Positions 50,768 through 62,675 are shown, numbered from the stretch's first letter. The stretch: DNA of 64,000 nucleotides from an uncultured Acidobacteriaceae bacterium (GCA_963771565.1 CAVYUB010000006.1:228404-292403); one strand, 5' to 3'. Numbers and translations are program-made. The notes: generated from the letters alone by a model not told the origin.

Positions 50768-51943
50768 TCACCTGGACAGCCGCTGTAAGCGCTCCGCCGC
50801 GGCTTCCAGCGTCTCTGGTTTCTTGGCGAAACAAAACCGAATCAAATGCGCTCCATCGGCGGGATCGGAAAAGAAACTCGATCCAGGGACGGCTCCCACT
50901 CCAATGTTCTCAACCAGATGTCGGCAGAACGCTACATCGTCCGCGGACCCATATGCGGAAATGTCACACATGATGTAATAGGCGCCTTTAGGAACATAGC
51001 ATTGGAAGCCTGCCTTGTCGAGAATGCCCAGAAGTAGATCCCGCTTCGTTTCGTAATTTCGGGCTAGCTCGGCGTAGTAGGTGTCCGGCAAGTGAAGCGC
51101 GGTGACGCCTGCGGCCTGTAGCGGAGCAGCGGCACCGACCGTCAAGAAGTCGTGGACCTTGCGAATCGAAGCCGTCAGCTCGGGTGCCGCAATTACCCAG
51201 CCGACCCGCCATCCGGTCACCGAGTAAGTCTTGCTGAGGCTGTTCACGAGCACACATCGCTCGCGCATGCCGGGGAGAGTCATGGGAGGTACGTGCCGCT
51301 CACCATCAAACAGGATGTGCTCGTAGATTTCGTCCGTGATGAGTAGGGCATCGTACTCTTCGCAGAGCTGAGCCAGAACTGTTAGCTCGTGCATCGAAAA
51401 CACGCGCCCAGTAGGATTGTTCGGCGAATTCACGATTACCGCACGGGTTCGTTTCGTAAAAGCGGCCCGAAGTTCGTCGGGATCGAAGTTCCAATGCGGA
51501 GCGTGTAGCCTGACTAACCGGCAGACGGCGCCGCAGAGTTGGGAGTCTGGCCAGTAATTTTCATAAAACGGCTCGAAGAGAATCACTTCGTCTCCGGGGT
51601 TGAGCAAAGCCAGCAGGCTCGCGATCATCCCCTCCGTCGAGCCGCAGCAAACGGTGATTTCGCGCTCAGGATCTATTTCAAGGTGATAGAAGCGCCGATA
51701 GTAATCGCAGATGGCATCGCGGAAAGACTTAGCACCCCATGTTATGGAGTACTGATTAATGTCTTCCGCGATGGCCCTTTGCGCAGCGGTTTTGAGTTCG
51801 GCCGGTGCGCAAAAATCGGGAAAGCCCTGCGCGAGGTTCACGGCCCCGTGCTGGAGCGAGAGCCGCGTCATCTCCCGGATGACTGACTCCTTGAACTCAG
51901 CTACGCGAGCACTCTGAAAACGACGGCCCGAAGTGACGGCCAT
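50768..51943 (-). CDS. Class I/II PLP-dependent aminotransferase (YbdL / kynurenine aminotransferase-like)
   Basis: Motifs are NLAQGFPDF, NSPNNPTG, the lysine motif NSLSKTYSVTGWRVGW, and R at the C-terminal IRFCFAK. Confidence 0.8.
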   Translation of the reverse strand: MAVTSGRRFQSARVAEFKESVIREMTRLSLQHGAVNLAQGFPDFCAPAELKTAAQRAIAEDINQYSITWGAKSFRDAICDYYRRFYHLEIDPEREITVCCGSTEGMIASLLALLNPGDEVILFEPFYENYWPDSQLCGAVCRLVRLHAPHWNFDPDELRAAFTKRTRAVIVNSPNNPTGRVFSMHELTVLAQLCEEYDALLITDEIYEHILFDGERHVPPMTLPGMRERCVLVNSLSKTYSVTGWRVGWVIAAPELTASIRKVHDFLTVGAAAPLQAAGVTALHLPDTYYAELARNYETKRDLLLGILDKAGFQCYVPKGAYYIMCDISAYGSADDVAFCRHLVENIGVGAVPGSSFFSDPADGAHLIRFCFAKKPETLEAAAERLQRLSR

Positions 51944-51986
51944 GATGCGATTGTACGTTGGGCGGCTCCCCTAGTCGGCGTTTGAA

Positions 51987-53902
51987 TCACTTTATTGCGT
52001 CCTCTGCGATAACCCCGGCAGCTTTCTCACTGATCATGTACACCGCAGAGACGATGAAATACCCGGGTATTCTCGGGAATACGGAGGCATCTACAACGCG
52101 CAGATCTTGCGTTCCGCGCACTCGAAAGCGGCTGTCGAGCACGGCCTTTGGATCGCGGTCTGCTCCGATTTTATTGGTGCAAGATGCGTGATGGCCCCAA
52201 GCCTCATCTTGAACAAACTGCCGTAGCTTTTCGCGCGTATCGTAAGCCGGGCCTGGCACAAGTTCTGCTTTGATGAGACCTCGCGCTTGGAGCCGCCGAT
52301 TCATGTCGCGCACGAATTCGATGCCAGCCACAACCGAGTCCAGATCGTCTCCGCCGGGGTCGTTGCCTTCTCCGAAGTAATGAAACTCAATCTGCGGCAT
52401 GTCGCTGGGATCTTTCGAGCGGAGCGTAATCCGGCCTGCGGTGTTCAATGTATGCGCCTTCAAAATCGCCCAGGTAAAACGATCGTGATAACGCTCGAAT
52501 TGCGTAGAGTAACCAGGGAAATAACCTTTGAAAGATCCAGGTAGACCAAAGATGTAGAGGTCTGGAAGTCGCCTTTGCCGGGCTCGACCGCTTCACCATG
52601 CCAATCAGCGCGCCATTCGAGCCGTAGATGCCTGTGCCTTTTTCCCAATCCAGCAAGCAGGGATCGGGAGGTCCTGAGGGCTCGGGCGGAGAAAACGTAG
52701 CGCCCTTAAGAAGCGTGAAATCGCGACTGAATTGAGAAATCACGCCGACCTCGTAACGGTCCTGAAGGTTCTCGCCTACTCCGGGTAGATCTACGATTAC
52801 AGGGATGTCGAGAGCTTCAAGCCGACCTCTCGGGCCTACACCCGAAAGCATGAGTAATTGCGGACTGTTGAATGCGCCAGCGCAGAGAATCACCTCACGT
52901 GCGGCGCGTACTTGACGTTTCGGTGCCGAGGCTGCATTTGCGTTGGCGCCCGGGTCGGCCTTATAGAGATGCCGACCTTCGAGAAACTCGATACCAATCG
53001 CGCGAGTGCCTTCAAACAATACTCGGGCGGCCAGTGAGCCAAGTTGAATCGTGAGATTGTTCGGATATTGTTTTTGCGTACTCAGCAGAAACTCACGCGG
53101 TCCGTTTCGCTTGCAGTTCGCTACTGCAAGCGGAGTAAAGGCCAGTCCCTCGGGACTGTTCATCGCATTTCGCGAGTCGTTCGGATCAAAGCGCGTTTCA
53201 ATGCGAGCGAGCGGACTGCCGATATGATCTCGCAATGCCTCCTTGACGCCGTTCAGAAGGAGGCTAACAATCTCAGGATCTTTCAAAGCCAAATGCGGGT
53301 CGGCTTCACTCGTGGTGAGCCAACCGTCAAAGCCATGGCCGTGCGACCAGTCGCGCCAGTCTTCGCGGCCATGGACGAGCTCTGCGATTGAAGATAAAAC
53401 GCCTCTGCTTGCGTACTCCACCGAGCCAGGTCTTGGGACATACGTGCAGTTTTCGAGCTTCTCGAAATAGCGATGCATATTGCCGGCCTGCCATGAGGTG
53501 TCGCCTGTCACTTGAGCGATGTAATTCCAATCGCTGTCCTGTGGAATCACGGTAATCATGGCGTTGTGGGCCGTGCAGCCGCCGAGAGTGCCAGCGCGCG
53601 GGTACCAAACACCGTCTCTCTCGCGAACGAATTTCGAGTCCCGCTCCTTGCTGGGCGTCATCCGAGTAGTGGCGCACAAAAAAATTCCAGGCGCACTCTG
53701 CGTACTCCGTAGAGAGACCGTGAAAGATCGGCACCTCGTACATCAGGCGTCCGGTGTCGGATTGGGAACACACATCTGCGCCAGCCTCGAGGAGCAACAC
53801 TTTGAATCCGGACTTCGCGAGATTGGCCGCGAGCGGTCCTCCGCCAGCTCCCGATCCTACGACGATGTAATCGAAGTCTCCGCCGTTACTCACCGGAGCC
53901 AT
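51987..53902 (-). pseudogene. GMC family FAD oxidoreductase, two frame breaks
   Basis: The N-terminal fragment 53327..53902 has DYIVVGSGAGGGPLAANLAKSGFKVLLLEAG. The middle fragment 52387..53679 has GGCTAHNAM and ...REVILCAGAFNSPQLLMLSGVG. The C-terminal fragment 51987..52463 has HHASCTNKIG...VVDASVFPRIPG. The slips are near 53640 and 52430. Confidence 0.8.
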
Positions 53903-53908
53903 CTCGCA

Positions 53909-56423
53909 TCAGAAGGTCTTGAGAAATTCGATGAGAGCTCGCTTGTCACCGTCACTGAGAGCAGGCTCATATTTGTCGTAACTGGTTCCGAAGTAGTGAC
54001 CACGATTCACGACGAAATCGGGGCACTTGCTCAACTGGAACAGCGGGTCGAGCACGTTTTGAAATACCTGGCGGCCCTGCTCGTCGGTCGCTCCTCTCGG
54101 CAGATTTTTCAAGTCGCGCTTTATTTTTACCAATACGTCAAACAACTTCTTGTCGTGGTCCAGTCGTTGAACTGGATCTGTACTCTCTGAGACGAGCTGA
54201 AGGTTAGCGAGCAGGTCGACGGGTGTGCCTGCCGGGATGGGTCCGATCTGCACACCGCTCTTTGTAAAAAGCCAAGGCAGGAAGCTATCCCCAGGTTCAA
54301 GGAGCGGCTGAAGGTAATTGGGTAGGTAACCGGCTGGGATGCGTAAGTAGCTAGCCGTAGTAGTCCGGTCGATGAGGCCCGGAATCTTTGTTGCCGAGAA
54401 CGGCGTCCTTATCGCGTTTTTCAGGCCACAACATTTTCTCGATGGAGTCTTGGAAGGACTGCATGCGTGCTTCGATTGAAGGGCTCGCGTTGAATTTACC
54501 GATACTGTTATTTAGCAGGAACGGCGCAGTTGACCACAGGCTTACGAGCGAGGGAGGACGAGTGTAGCCCCGGCCGCCTGCGGGCATCTGGAATGATTTC
54601 GGCTCACCCGTGAATGGGTTGTAAACAGTGATCTCGCCAACGGATGGCAGGTTTTTGTAAGTCTGAGAGGAGAAGTTGTCCCAGATATTCCCTGCGATGG
54701 CGTTGCTCGCAAGCGGGCTGCAAGCGTTGGTCTGAAGGAACGTGACCGGTACGCGCAGCTCGGTCGAAAGGAAATTGTTGTCGAGGAAGTCGTCGGCTTG
54801 GACGATTTGACGCATTTTCGTTTTGAAGTCGTCTGTCTTGGTCCAGGTCCAATAGCGATTCCAGCAATCGAGATATTGAGATCCGGAGCAGCCACCGGGA
54901 TCAAGGCCTGGCGCGGGCGAAGGGACCTTGCTCGAATGACAGCGAGCGCAGTGTTCGGCGAATGCGATTTTTCCACGGTTGAGTAGCGCGTTGTCTTTGG
55001 TTAGATACGCGTCGCCGCCAGGAGCGTCCTTGAGACGATGAGGCGCGGTTGCCTTTAGAAAGAAGAGCGCTACATCGGGCGTCTGCGCCTCTGTCGCTTC
55101 CCAGTATGCGGAGTTCTTGCGGGCAACGGTGATCTCGATAGGACTCGGCCGTTTACCGCCAATGAAGGGATTAATGTGTAACGTCCACTCCTCGCTGAAG
55201 AGACCGATATTCAGGTACACACGGTTTAAGGCTCCGAGCGCTCCCACGGAATCAGCGCCGTCTTTGAGAATGCGCGGCGCGAACACGGTGTTCGGCGGCT
55301 GAAAAAATGTTGTCAGCGGTCCCTCTTGCACGTAATCATTGAACTGCCTATTGTTGAGACCGCCGCCCCCCAGCGCCTCACGGCCCCAGCGCTTCGCCTC
55401 TTGCAGTCGGGGACCCAGGTAGTAAATCGCGTTCATCGCGCGCGGATTATTGATGTTGTCGGTGGATACGAGCGAAGTATCCAATGATCCGGGGCGGGCA
55501 GTGTGCAGTACCTGGAAGACGAAGCTGGTGGGATCGGCATCCCAGGCAAAGATGCGGTCAATCCAGAAGTATTGCGCTCCGACATTAGAGCTCAAGTTTT
55601 CCCATTTGGGGTTCTCCGGATCTTGGGGAGGCTTTATCGGATTCGGACCGGCATGGCAAAACGCGCAGGACATTCCAACGCGATAAGGCTTCACTAGATC
55701 CTTAGAAAGATAGTAACGAGGGTCTTCGTAGTAGCGCGTAGCATCCCACTTCTTGGCCGCTGCCTCATCGAAAGCAGGATTCGGATAGAGACGCAAACCA
55801 ACGACACCGCTGGCATATCCATAAAACGAGCCGACGGGTAAATTCTTTCCGCGGGCGCCGATAGCAATTCCCGGATATTTCCTTTCGTTTTCGAAGGGAT
55901 CAGGCGCACAATCGGAACGGCGCTTGTCGAGCCATAACCCGAAGCGGTTCGGGTCAGGGCCTGTCGCCTTCTCAAAGCAGGGCTCATTCACAAGCCCGAG
56001 GTAGTTCCAACGATTGTCGCGGCTGAATTTCAGGCTGGGGTATGAGGAGAGTGTCTTCAAAAAGTCTAGCGATCCGAACGTGGCATTCGAAAGTGAATCC
56101 CAGAGGCGATCGTTTCCACCACTCCACACAAGCCATGTATTGCGGCCTTTAATCTCGTCAGCGGTCAAAGCAAGGCCGCCATCCATGTCATGGAAGTAAT
56201 CCTCGTCGGCTGCGGGCATCGAGGCCGCGGGACGGTTGGCGCGTCTTGCCTCGTCTAATACGTGGCCGGAACCTTCGTGTTCGGCTGTCGCACAACTTAC
56301 ACACAGCACCGTCAAAACTGTCGACACTAATGCGCCGGCAGGCCATAATCCTCTTATCAAGACGATTGCTTCTGGTTTACGATGATCCGGCGTTTGGAGC
56401 GTAGTGTCAAGCGTTGAAGGCAA
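53909..56423 (-). pseudogene. Large exported dihaem c-type cytochrome-like protein (remote CCP/MauG-like), one frame break
   Basis: ORFs 54351..56423 and 53909..54253 join through a one-base slip near 54375 (...NKDSGLIDRTTTASYLRIPAGYLP...). An N-terminal hydrophobic anchor is present. Two CxxCH motifs are seen (MSCAFCHAG, EHCARCHSS). The tail is peroxidase-like (RGHYFGTS...LSDGDKRALIEFLKTF). Confidence 0.6.
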
Positions 56424-56481
56424 CGTATCAGCTTAGCTGTCGATTGGGATACACGGCACAACTGAGAAAGCGTATTCCGTA

Positions 56482-58714
56482 TCACATATGGGCGGCTTGA
56501 GCTGATGCCGGATGAGTGATCCTCTTGCGCTTAGGCTTTGACTTCTTCGGCGGAGGTTTGGGGCGATAAACGGGCACATCAGGAACCGTACCCGCGTAAA
56601 GGCGGCGGTATACGTCCGCGTTTCGAAGAACGATTTGGATATACCCGCGGGTCTCATGAAACGGGACGGTCTCGATGAACTCCGGCTGTTCGCGAAAGGG
56701 GCCCCAGTTGCGCCAGAGTGCTGCGCGACCCGGGCCTGCGTTATAGGAAGCTAAGGCGAGTTCGGTTTGGCCGCCGAAAGAATTGAGCAGATTGCGGAAA
56801 TAATACGTCCCGAGCTGGATGTTTCTGTCGGGCGTGAGAAGTTGAGCAGTTCCGTAGTGGCGCACGCGGAAGTGTCGAGCCAGGCCGCGTCCGGTTGACG
56901 GCAGGAGTTGCATGAGTCCATATGCATTTGCATGTGAAACCACCCTGACGTTGAATTCGGATTCCTGCCGAATGAGCGCAGCGACCAGGAAAGGATCAAG
57001 GCTCTGCTCGTGGCTGTGTTGCTCGATCGAGGCTCGAAACGGGATGGGAAAGGCGAGCTTCCAGAACGGCACCGGGGCTTCGTCCAGGGGCATGTAGAGA
57101 TATCCAGGCGCATACGATTTGATGTAGCGCATGGCTTGATCGGGCGCGTTACGAGCCGCGGCGAACTTCGCCAGCTCGTAAGCGTAGACGTTTGGCTGAT
57201 CACCGTCATTGCGAGCGCCGAACTTCAGTTCGCCTTCGGCAAAATCATTTAGCCCGGTAAGCTCGAGAAGTTGCGCACGATCAATGCGGCTTTGCACGGC
57301 CTCAGCAGGCGTAAAACTTGGGAATTCCGGACGTGGCGGCCACGGAACAGAGCGCAAAAATTCCAACATGGCGGGGCTCGGCGTAGCCGCTTCCAGCATA
57401 GGTCGGTTCAGACGGTCCCGAGCAACGATCGCGTAATAGCTGTTCGGAAAGCGCTTGATCAATTCCTCATAGCAGGCGCGCGAGGAGGCGAAATCATTTC
57501 TTCGTTCCGACGAGCGGCCGAGGAAAGTATAGCGAGTTATTAGCGTCTGCCGAGTCCGCATATTGCTGTATGTGGCCGTGCAGGAGATCGTACGCGTCAT
57601 TCGCATCTTTTCGATAACTCTCAAAGGCAACGCGCCAATCGCACCAGGCTGACCGCGAATCTTTCGGAAAGGTGGCTGCACACGCACGGTACAGCGGCAA
57701 ATAAGTGTCTGCATCATTATCAACGCGAGCCTGATCGGCAACAAAGATTAAGGCATCGAGGCGCCACGGCGAGTTTGGATGTTGCTGCTCTAACTGTTTT
57801 AAGAAATCTTTTACGTCAGCATGCCGGTCAAGCTTGCGAACAGAACGGATGAGATAACTGATGCGCTCGGCATCGGCTTCTGGATCGTCCACTTTCAGAG
57901 CAGTTAAGTATTGGAAGGCTGCCGCTGTGTTGTTACTGAGGAAGTCGGCTTCGCCAAGGCGCACGCGGGCGAGGTCGCGTTGAGGACCTCCAATTTGAGG
58001 AATGGCAGCGGCGAGTTCGATGCGTGCGGCAGCTGGATTTCCGGCCTCGAATAGCTTTTGCGCCCGGCCAAGCATGGCAACGGGCGTGGGCGGCGGATAG
58101 GCGTCTCCGAGGCGCTGCTTCACATCTACAAGGGCGTTTGCAGCGTCGGTTGCCTCTTTGGCGACCGGATAGTTGTAGTAAACGCGCTGAAAATATTCAG
58201 CAGCTTGCGCAAGATCGCCTGCCGCTTCAAAACTTCGAGCGAGAAGCAGGTCGGCAGCGGGCTGCGGAATGCGGTCGTGGTATTTCTTAACGAGCTCGAG
58301 CGCTTGCTTCGGGCTATCGTTATCCAGGTCCGCGCGAACCGCCAGCGCGGCGGCGGCACCGACGAATGGAGAGACAGGCACTTGATTAAAGACATGCGTG
58401 GAGGCCTTTGCTACTTCCGCATAATTTTTTAGTCCGTATTCTGCTTGAGCGCGGATGTACTGTGCATAGTCATCGAGGATGGGCGCTTTGTTAGAAGCAG
58501 ACGCGGCGTATTGTGCGGCGGCTTGCAGATTGCCGAGCTCGAGTTGGTGCTGCGCTACCGCAATCAATCCGGCCACACCGACAACTTTGGGCGGCTGAAT
58601 GGCAGGTTTCGCAAGTTTGTTGACCTTCTTACCCGCGGGCGCCGAAAAAAGGGCAAGCGCGAAAAACGCGATCACCAGCGGACAGACTGCAGAGAGCATT
58701 CCACGCATCATCAA
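56482..58714 (-). pseudogene. Soluble lytic murein transglycosylase (Slt70-like), one frame break
   Basis: The N-terminal fragment 57494..58714 has a signal peptide and a superhelical TPR-like domain. The C-terminal fragment carries the SLT domain ALIRQESEFNVRVVSHANAYGLMQLLPSTG. The slip is near 57527 (SLYF/LGRSSE). Confidence 0.8.
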
Positions 58715-59634
58715 ACGATGAGCTTGGAAACTAGACCAACTGCCCTGGATAGTCTGCTCCCAGTTTTTCGCTCGTCACCTTCGGCTGCGATACGAACGAG
58801 CTCGAGGTGGAGGTAATCAACCATGGACGGGATGGTCATGAACTGTCTTCGGTATGTGTCGCGTGCCTTGTCAATTTCCTGGCGAAGCAATAAATATAGA
58901 TCGCCTTGCTGGCGACCTGCATGACAGGCGTCGGGTCGCGATAGCTGCATTTCCGCGACCTTTACTCGCGCGAAACGCTGCGCACGAATATGAAGCAAGC
59001 GCTGATCCTGGTTGAGATCTGCCCAAGAAGGCAAAGCGGCTGAGTTGGGCACTCGCGTGTGCGACGACGCAGCGACAGGTTGAGTTGCAATTTGAGTGTG
59101 TAGCAAGGTATTCGATTGCCGTTCCAGAACTATAGAGGCCAGTCCTGCAATTAGCTCTATGGCATTCACGTCAAAATAATCCTGATTGGCGGCAAAAAGA
59201 AGCGCGACAACTCGCGGTCCATTCAAAATTGGAACGATGTGTGCACGTTCGTCATGGGCAGGCGAACTGAGCGATTCGCCAACTTCGGCGGGCGTTCTGA
59301 GCGCAACCACTGTATCCTTCGAGTTGATTACAGTTTCGAAAGCAGCGGCCGTTGCTGCGGAGAAAGCGAGATCTTCGGCTAAATTCAAGTTCTGTTGACC
59401 GCGCAGATATAAACGCCATTTTGCAGCGTAAAGAGCGCGGTTTGATAGCACGAACTGCGAAGCGGCATCAATAATGGCGGAACTCCATTCGCCTTCGGTT
59501 CGATACTGGCGCAGACGACGAAGGAGCTGATTCAACTCGTTCGCGATCTGGGAACGCGCCGCTTGCGCAGATTCGGAACGTGCTGCTTCGAATTGGCGCT
59601 TCATCGTGTCCCAGACCGGATCGAGAACGTGCAT
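58711..59634 (-). CDS. Hypothetical protein with a GAF-like central region
   Basis: The 307-aa ORF has a stop overlapping the slt start. The region VVALRTPAEVGESL...HIVPILNGPRVVALLFAANQ resembles a GAF fold, but the support is weak. Confidence 0.35.
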   Translation of the reverse strand: MHVLDPVWDTMKRQFEAARSESAQAARSQIANELNQLLRRLRQYRTEGEWSSAIIDAASQFVLSNRALYAAKWRLYLRGQQNLNLAEDLAFSAATAAAFETVINSKDTVVALRTPAEVGESLSSPAHDERAHIVPILNGPRVVALLFAANQDYFDVNAIELIAGLASIVLERQSNTLLHTQIATQPVAASSHTRVPNSAALPSWADLNQDQRLLHIRAQRFARVKVAEMQLSRPDACHAGRQQGDLYLLLRQEIDKARDTYRRQFMTIPSMVDYLHLELVRIAAEGDERKTGSRLSRAVGLVSKLIV

Positions 59635-59648
59635 GGTGCAAGTCGATT

Positions 59649-62069
59649 TTAGCGGAGGCGAAATGATGCTCCTTCCCGCACGCCGGCGTGAATTGTCACG
59701 GCAGAGGAAACAGCGGGGGTCTCGGAATCCAGGGTACTAATTACACGCCGTTGTCCGTCGGCGTTTTCGAGGTCGAAAATGAGCTTGCCATCACTCTGGC
59801 TTGCGGCTTCTCCGATCCAGGCTTGCTCGCCTTGCGCAGCTTCAACTTTCGAGAGCCGAAGGTTCGGCCAACCAGCATCGAACGAGAACTCAAATAATCC
59901 TGAGAGCTTACTGAACGCGTCTTCAGGCGAGAGACTTAGGTCTTCTCCTGAAAAAGCACCGCTGGCGCGCAGGTTGCGAACGATTTCCCTACCAGTTCCG
60001 GCCGTTTCGAATGTGCCATGGGCATTCAGGAGACCACGTTTCCAGGGGAAACCGCTTACGGTAGCGGCAAAACGATAACGCGGCGAGTACGCAATAAGGT
60101 TCGCTGTACCGTGAGCCGATATAAGACCCTCTGGCAGATTCAATTGAAGAGAGTTGAACTTAAGTGTTGCGCCTTCCCAAAGGAGATGAGAGCTGAGCGA
60201 GCCGAGGACGGCACTGTTCACTGAAAATTGCTCGATGGTAACATCTGCTTCCAGACTTCGCGTAGCGAGCCAAGGGGGGATAACGCGGTGACCGAAACGC
60301 AAGCGAGCTAAAAGACCTTGCGCTCGCAGAGTAGGATCGAAGGCCGCTTCCATGTTTGAAAGATCAGCAGACGGCAAGTGCAGGCGCAGGTGCTCATAGT
60401 GCTTCAGTAGCGCGCTGTAATGATAGTCACCCTGTACGGTCTCTTCGCCTAAGCTGCTCGAGAAATGCTGAACGTTGAACGTGGAATGATCAAAGGTAAT
60501 CCGGCCCTCAAACTGCGTGAGCGGAACAGCGAACCCGGGTAAGCTGAGCGTGGCGTTCGCGACATCCAACTGGCCGGACCACATGGCGGGGTCTGTTCCG
60601 TCATGGTTATAGAGGAGCTGCCCTGTCAGGTTGCCTTTTTCAAACGCGACAAGGGCAGACGATGTCACGAAGCAACGCCCGACAGCATTGTTGAGAGCGT
60701 CAACCGGATATGCATTAAGCTTCAGCAAAGCAGCGACGCGTCGCGTCGACGGATAATAATCGGCGCCAGCCTGCAATGTTCCAGCAAAAGGGGTCTGAAT
60801 GAGCACGGGCTCGAAGCGGATGGAGTCGGAGGAGACCTTGGCCGTCGCGAATGCAACGTGAAGAGGCGGAAGGTTTGGCAGAGTTGCGACGATATCGTTC
60901 AAGGCAAGTCCACCAGCCAATCCGGATCGATTTGAATAGCCGATTGCGCCATCAACCGTGCTGGTAACCGAAAGACCTTCGGGCAATGGGACTCCCATGT
61001 GCAGGCAAAGTGGTAACAGGTTTTCCGCGGGCACCTTGTTGAGACTGGCCAGAATCGACCAAGCCGGCTGAGCAAGAAAATCGTTAACACGCACTTGCAT
61101 AACAACAGGTGTTGGATCGTTCGGCCGCCAGGGAAGCGTTTCTAAATTGAAGCTATGGGCAAGTAAGTCGATATTCCCCTGGTACCGTATTCGCCAATGT
61201 TCACCAGCGGCAGGCAAGAGATCCCAGCGATGCACATCTTCGAGGTGCAATTCACCCGCAACGCGAAGTGCTACGGCCGGGCCATCAATACTGGCATGAC
61301 CGCTCACAGTGCCGTGGACGCCCACATCGTAGCCTTCCAAAAGAGTAGCGATCTCACTAACGTTACTAGGATCGAGAAAGACGTTGGCTTCGAGCTGATT
61401 TGCACTCGCAGCTCGCGGGGTGAAATACCAGTTCGCGTTACCGTGCAGGTGGCCGAAGCCGTTTCCGGCACGGTCGGTGCGCGCCGGAGAACCTGAAAAT
61501 TGCACGTAAAGTTTCCCGGAACGCTCGGGATAAATGGAAATATCAGAATCGGCAATATATAAGGTTGTTTTGCGTGTCGCGAATTTAAAGTTGAGCCGGC
61601 CAGTGGAGATCTCAAGAGCAGGAAAAAGATTCAGGGAAACACGCCCCGGCGCGCTGAGGTGTTGAACGAGCTCGACGATATTCCAGGTCCCGTCATTTCG
61701 CTTCACGAGATTCAGTGAAGGCTCGACGAGGCGCAAACTGGAGAACTGAATGTGCCCCAGGAGAAGTTTATCGATTCGAAGACGAGCCTGCAGCGTTGGA
61801 ACGTAGGCGAATGGCTCAATTCCATACAGAGGATCCTCATGAATCGTGACACCTTCGACCGAAAAGCCAAGCCCAGAGAAGAGCGCAAAGTGCACTGAGC
61901 CAATATCGACTTTGCGCGCGAGCGAGATTTGAAGCGCATCGCGAATGCGGCCCCTGTAATGAGCAGCATCGATGAGAGGAGCGATAAAACCGACGATCAA
62001 CAGCAGAAAGACAGTGATAAGCGCAACTCGTAGAAGGCGGCGAGAGAAGGATTTGACGGTAGTTGTCAT
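59649..62069 (-). CDS. AsmA family outer-membrane biogenesis protein
   Basis: The ATG at 62069 is preceded by GGGAAG; the ORF opens at 62102. An N-terminal anchor LLRVALITVFLLLIVGFIAPLI is followed by the AsmA-like RIRDALQISLARKVDIGSVHFALFSGLGFSVEGVTIHEDP and a long beta-rich body. Confidence 0.7.
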   Translation of the reverse strand: MTTTVKSFSRRLLRVALITVFLLLIVGFIAPLIDAAHYRGRIRDALQISLARKVDIGSVHFALFSGLGFSVEGVTIHEDPLYGIEPFAYVPTLQARLRIDKLLLGHIQFSSLRLVEPSLNLVKRNDGTWNIVELVQHLSAPGRVSLNLFPALEISTGRLNFKFATRKTTLYIADSDISIYPERSGKLYVQFSGSPARTDRAGNGFGHLHGNANWYFTPRAASANQLEANVFLDPSNVSEIATLLEGYDVGVHGTVSGHASIDGPAVALRVAGELHLEDVHRWDLLPAAGEHWRIRYQGNIDLLAHSFNLETLPWRPNDPTPVVMQVRVNDFLAQPAWSILASLNKVPAENLLPLCLHMGVPLPEGLSVTSTVDGAIGYSNRSGLAGGLALNDIVATLPNLPPLHVAFATAKVSSDSIRFEPVLIQTPFAGTLQAGADYYPSTRRVAALLKLNAYPVDALNNAVGRCFVTSSALVAFEKGNLTGQLLYNHDGTDPAMWSGQLDVANATLSLPGFAVPLTQFEGRITFDHSTFNVQHFSSSLGEETVQGDYHYSALLKHYEHLRLHLPSADLSNMEAAFDPTLRAQGLLARLRFGHRVIPPWLATRSLEADVTIEQFSVNSAVLGSLSSHLLWEGATLKFNSLQLNLPEGLISAHGTANLIAYSPRYRFAATVSGFPWKRGLLNAHGTFETAGTGREIVRNLRASGAFSGEDLSLSPEDAFSKLSGLFEFSFDAGWPNLRLSKVEAAQGEQAWIGEAASQSDGKLIFDLENADGQRRVISTLDSETPAVSSAVTIHAGVREGASFRLR

Positions 62070-62176
62070 TGCCGCTTCCCTTTTAGCTCGCGAGATGGGC
62101 AAATGTGCGCTCGTAACCTAGTTATAGCTTAGGCGCGAACGATTCGGCACTAGGATGAAGTTCGACAATAACAGAT

Positions 62177-62665
62177 ATGACACGGCGAACGCTTATGAGA
62201 TCTCTCCCGGTATTCCTTTCAGCGATGGCGTCCGCTCAGGACAAGTATTCGGGACCGAAGCCGGCAAACAAGGATCTACCTTACTTACTACATGGCGATA
62301 AGTTAATCGCGACAGAGATTGAGAAGGCAAGCCAATCCAATTCGAAAGCGGGACAGGTGTTTTTCGTTCCAGGCACAACGTCGCCCGCGCGAACGCCGCT
62401 GGCCGAGCCTATCTTTCTCTTCTCACCGGATCATTTCAGAGCGGAACAGCTCGGACTCTTCCGTTTCGAGGTAACGAATGGGCGCAGAGAGGTCGTCATC
62501 TCTGGGAAGCATAGGAAAGAAGATGAAGACCAAGTGCTTCGTTTAACACTGCGGCACCTGGACGAAAATTTGTTCCGGATCGAAGTATCCGAAATGCTGG
62601 ATCCGGGAGAGTACGCGCTGTCACCGGAGGGCGATAACACTGCGTTCTGCTTCACGGTCTATTAA
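62177..62665 (+). CDS. Hypothetical secreted protein
   Basis: The 162-aa ORF has a signal peptide MTRRTLMRSLPVFLSAMASAQ. I recognise no family. Confidence 0.5.
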   Translation: MTRRTLMRSLPVFLSAMASAQDKYSGPKPANKDLPYLLHGDKLIATEIEKASQSNSKAGQVFFVPGTTSPARTPLAEPIFLFSPDHFRAEQLGLFRFEVTNGRREVVISGKHRKEDEDQVLRLTLRHLDENLFRIEVSEMLDPGEYALSPEGDNTAFCFTVY

Positions 62666-62675
62666 AGACGATGGC

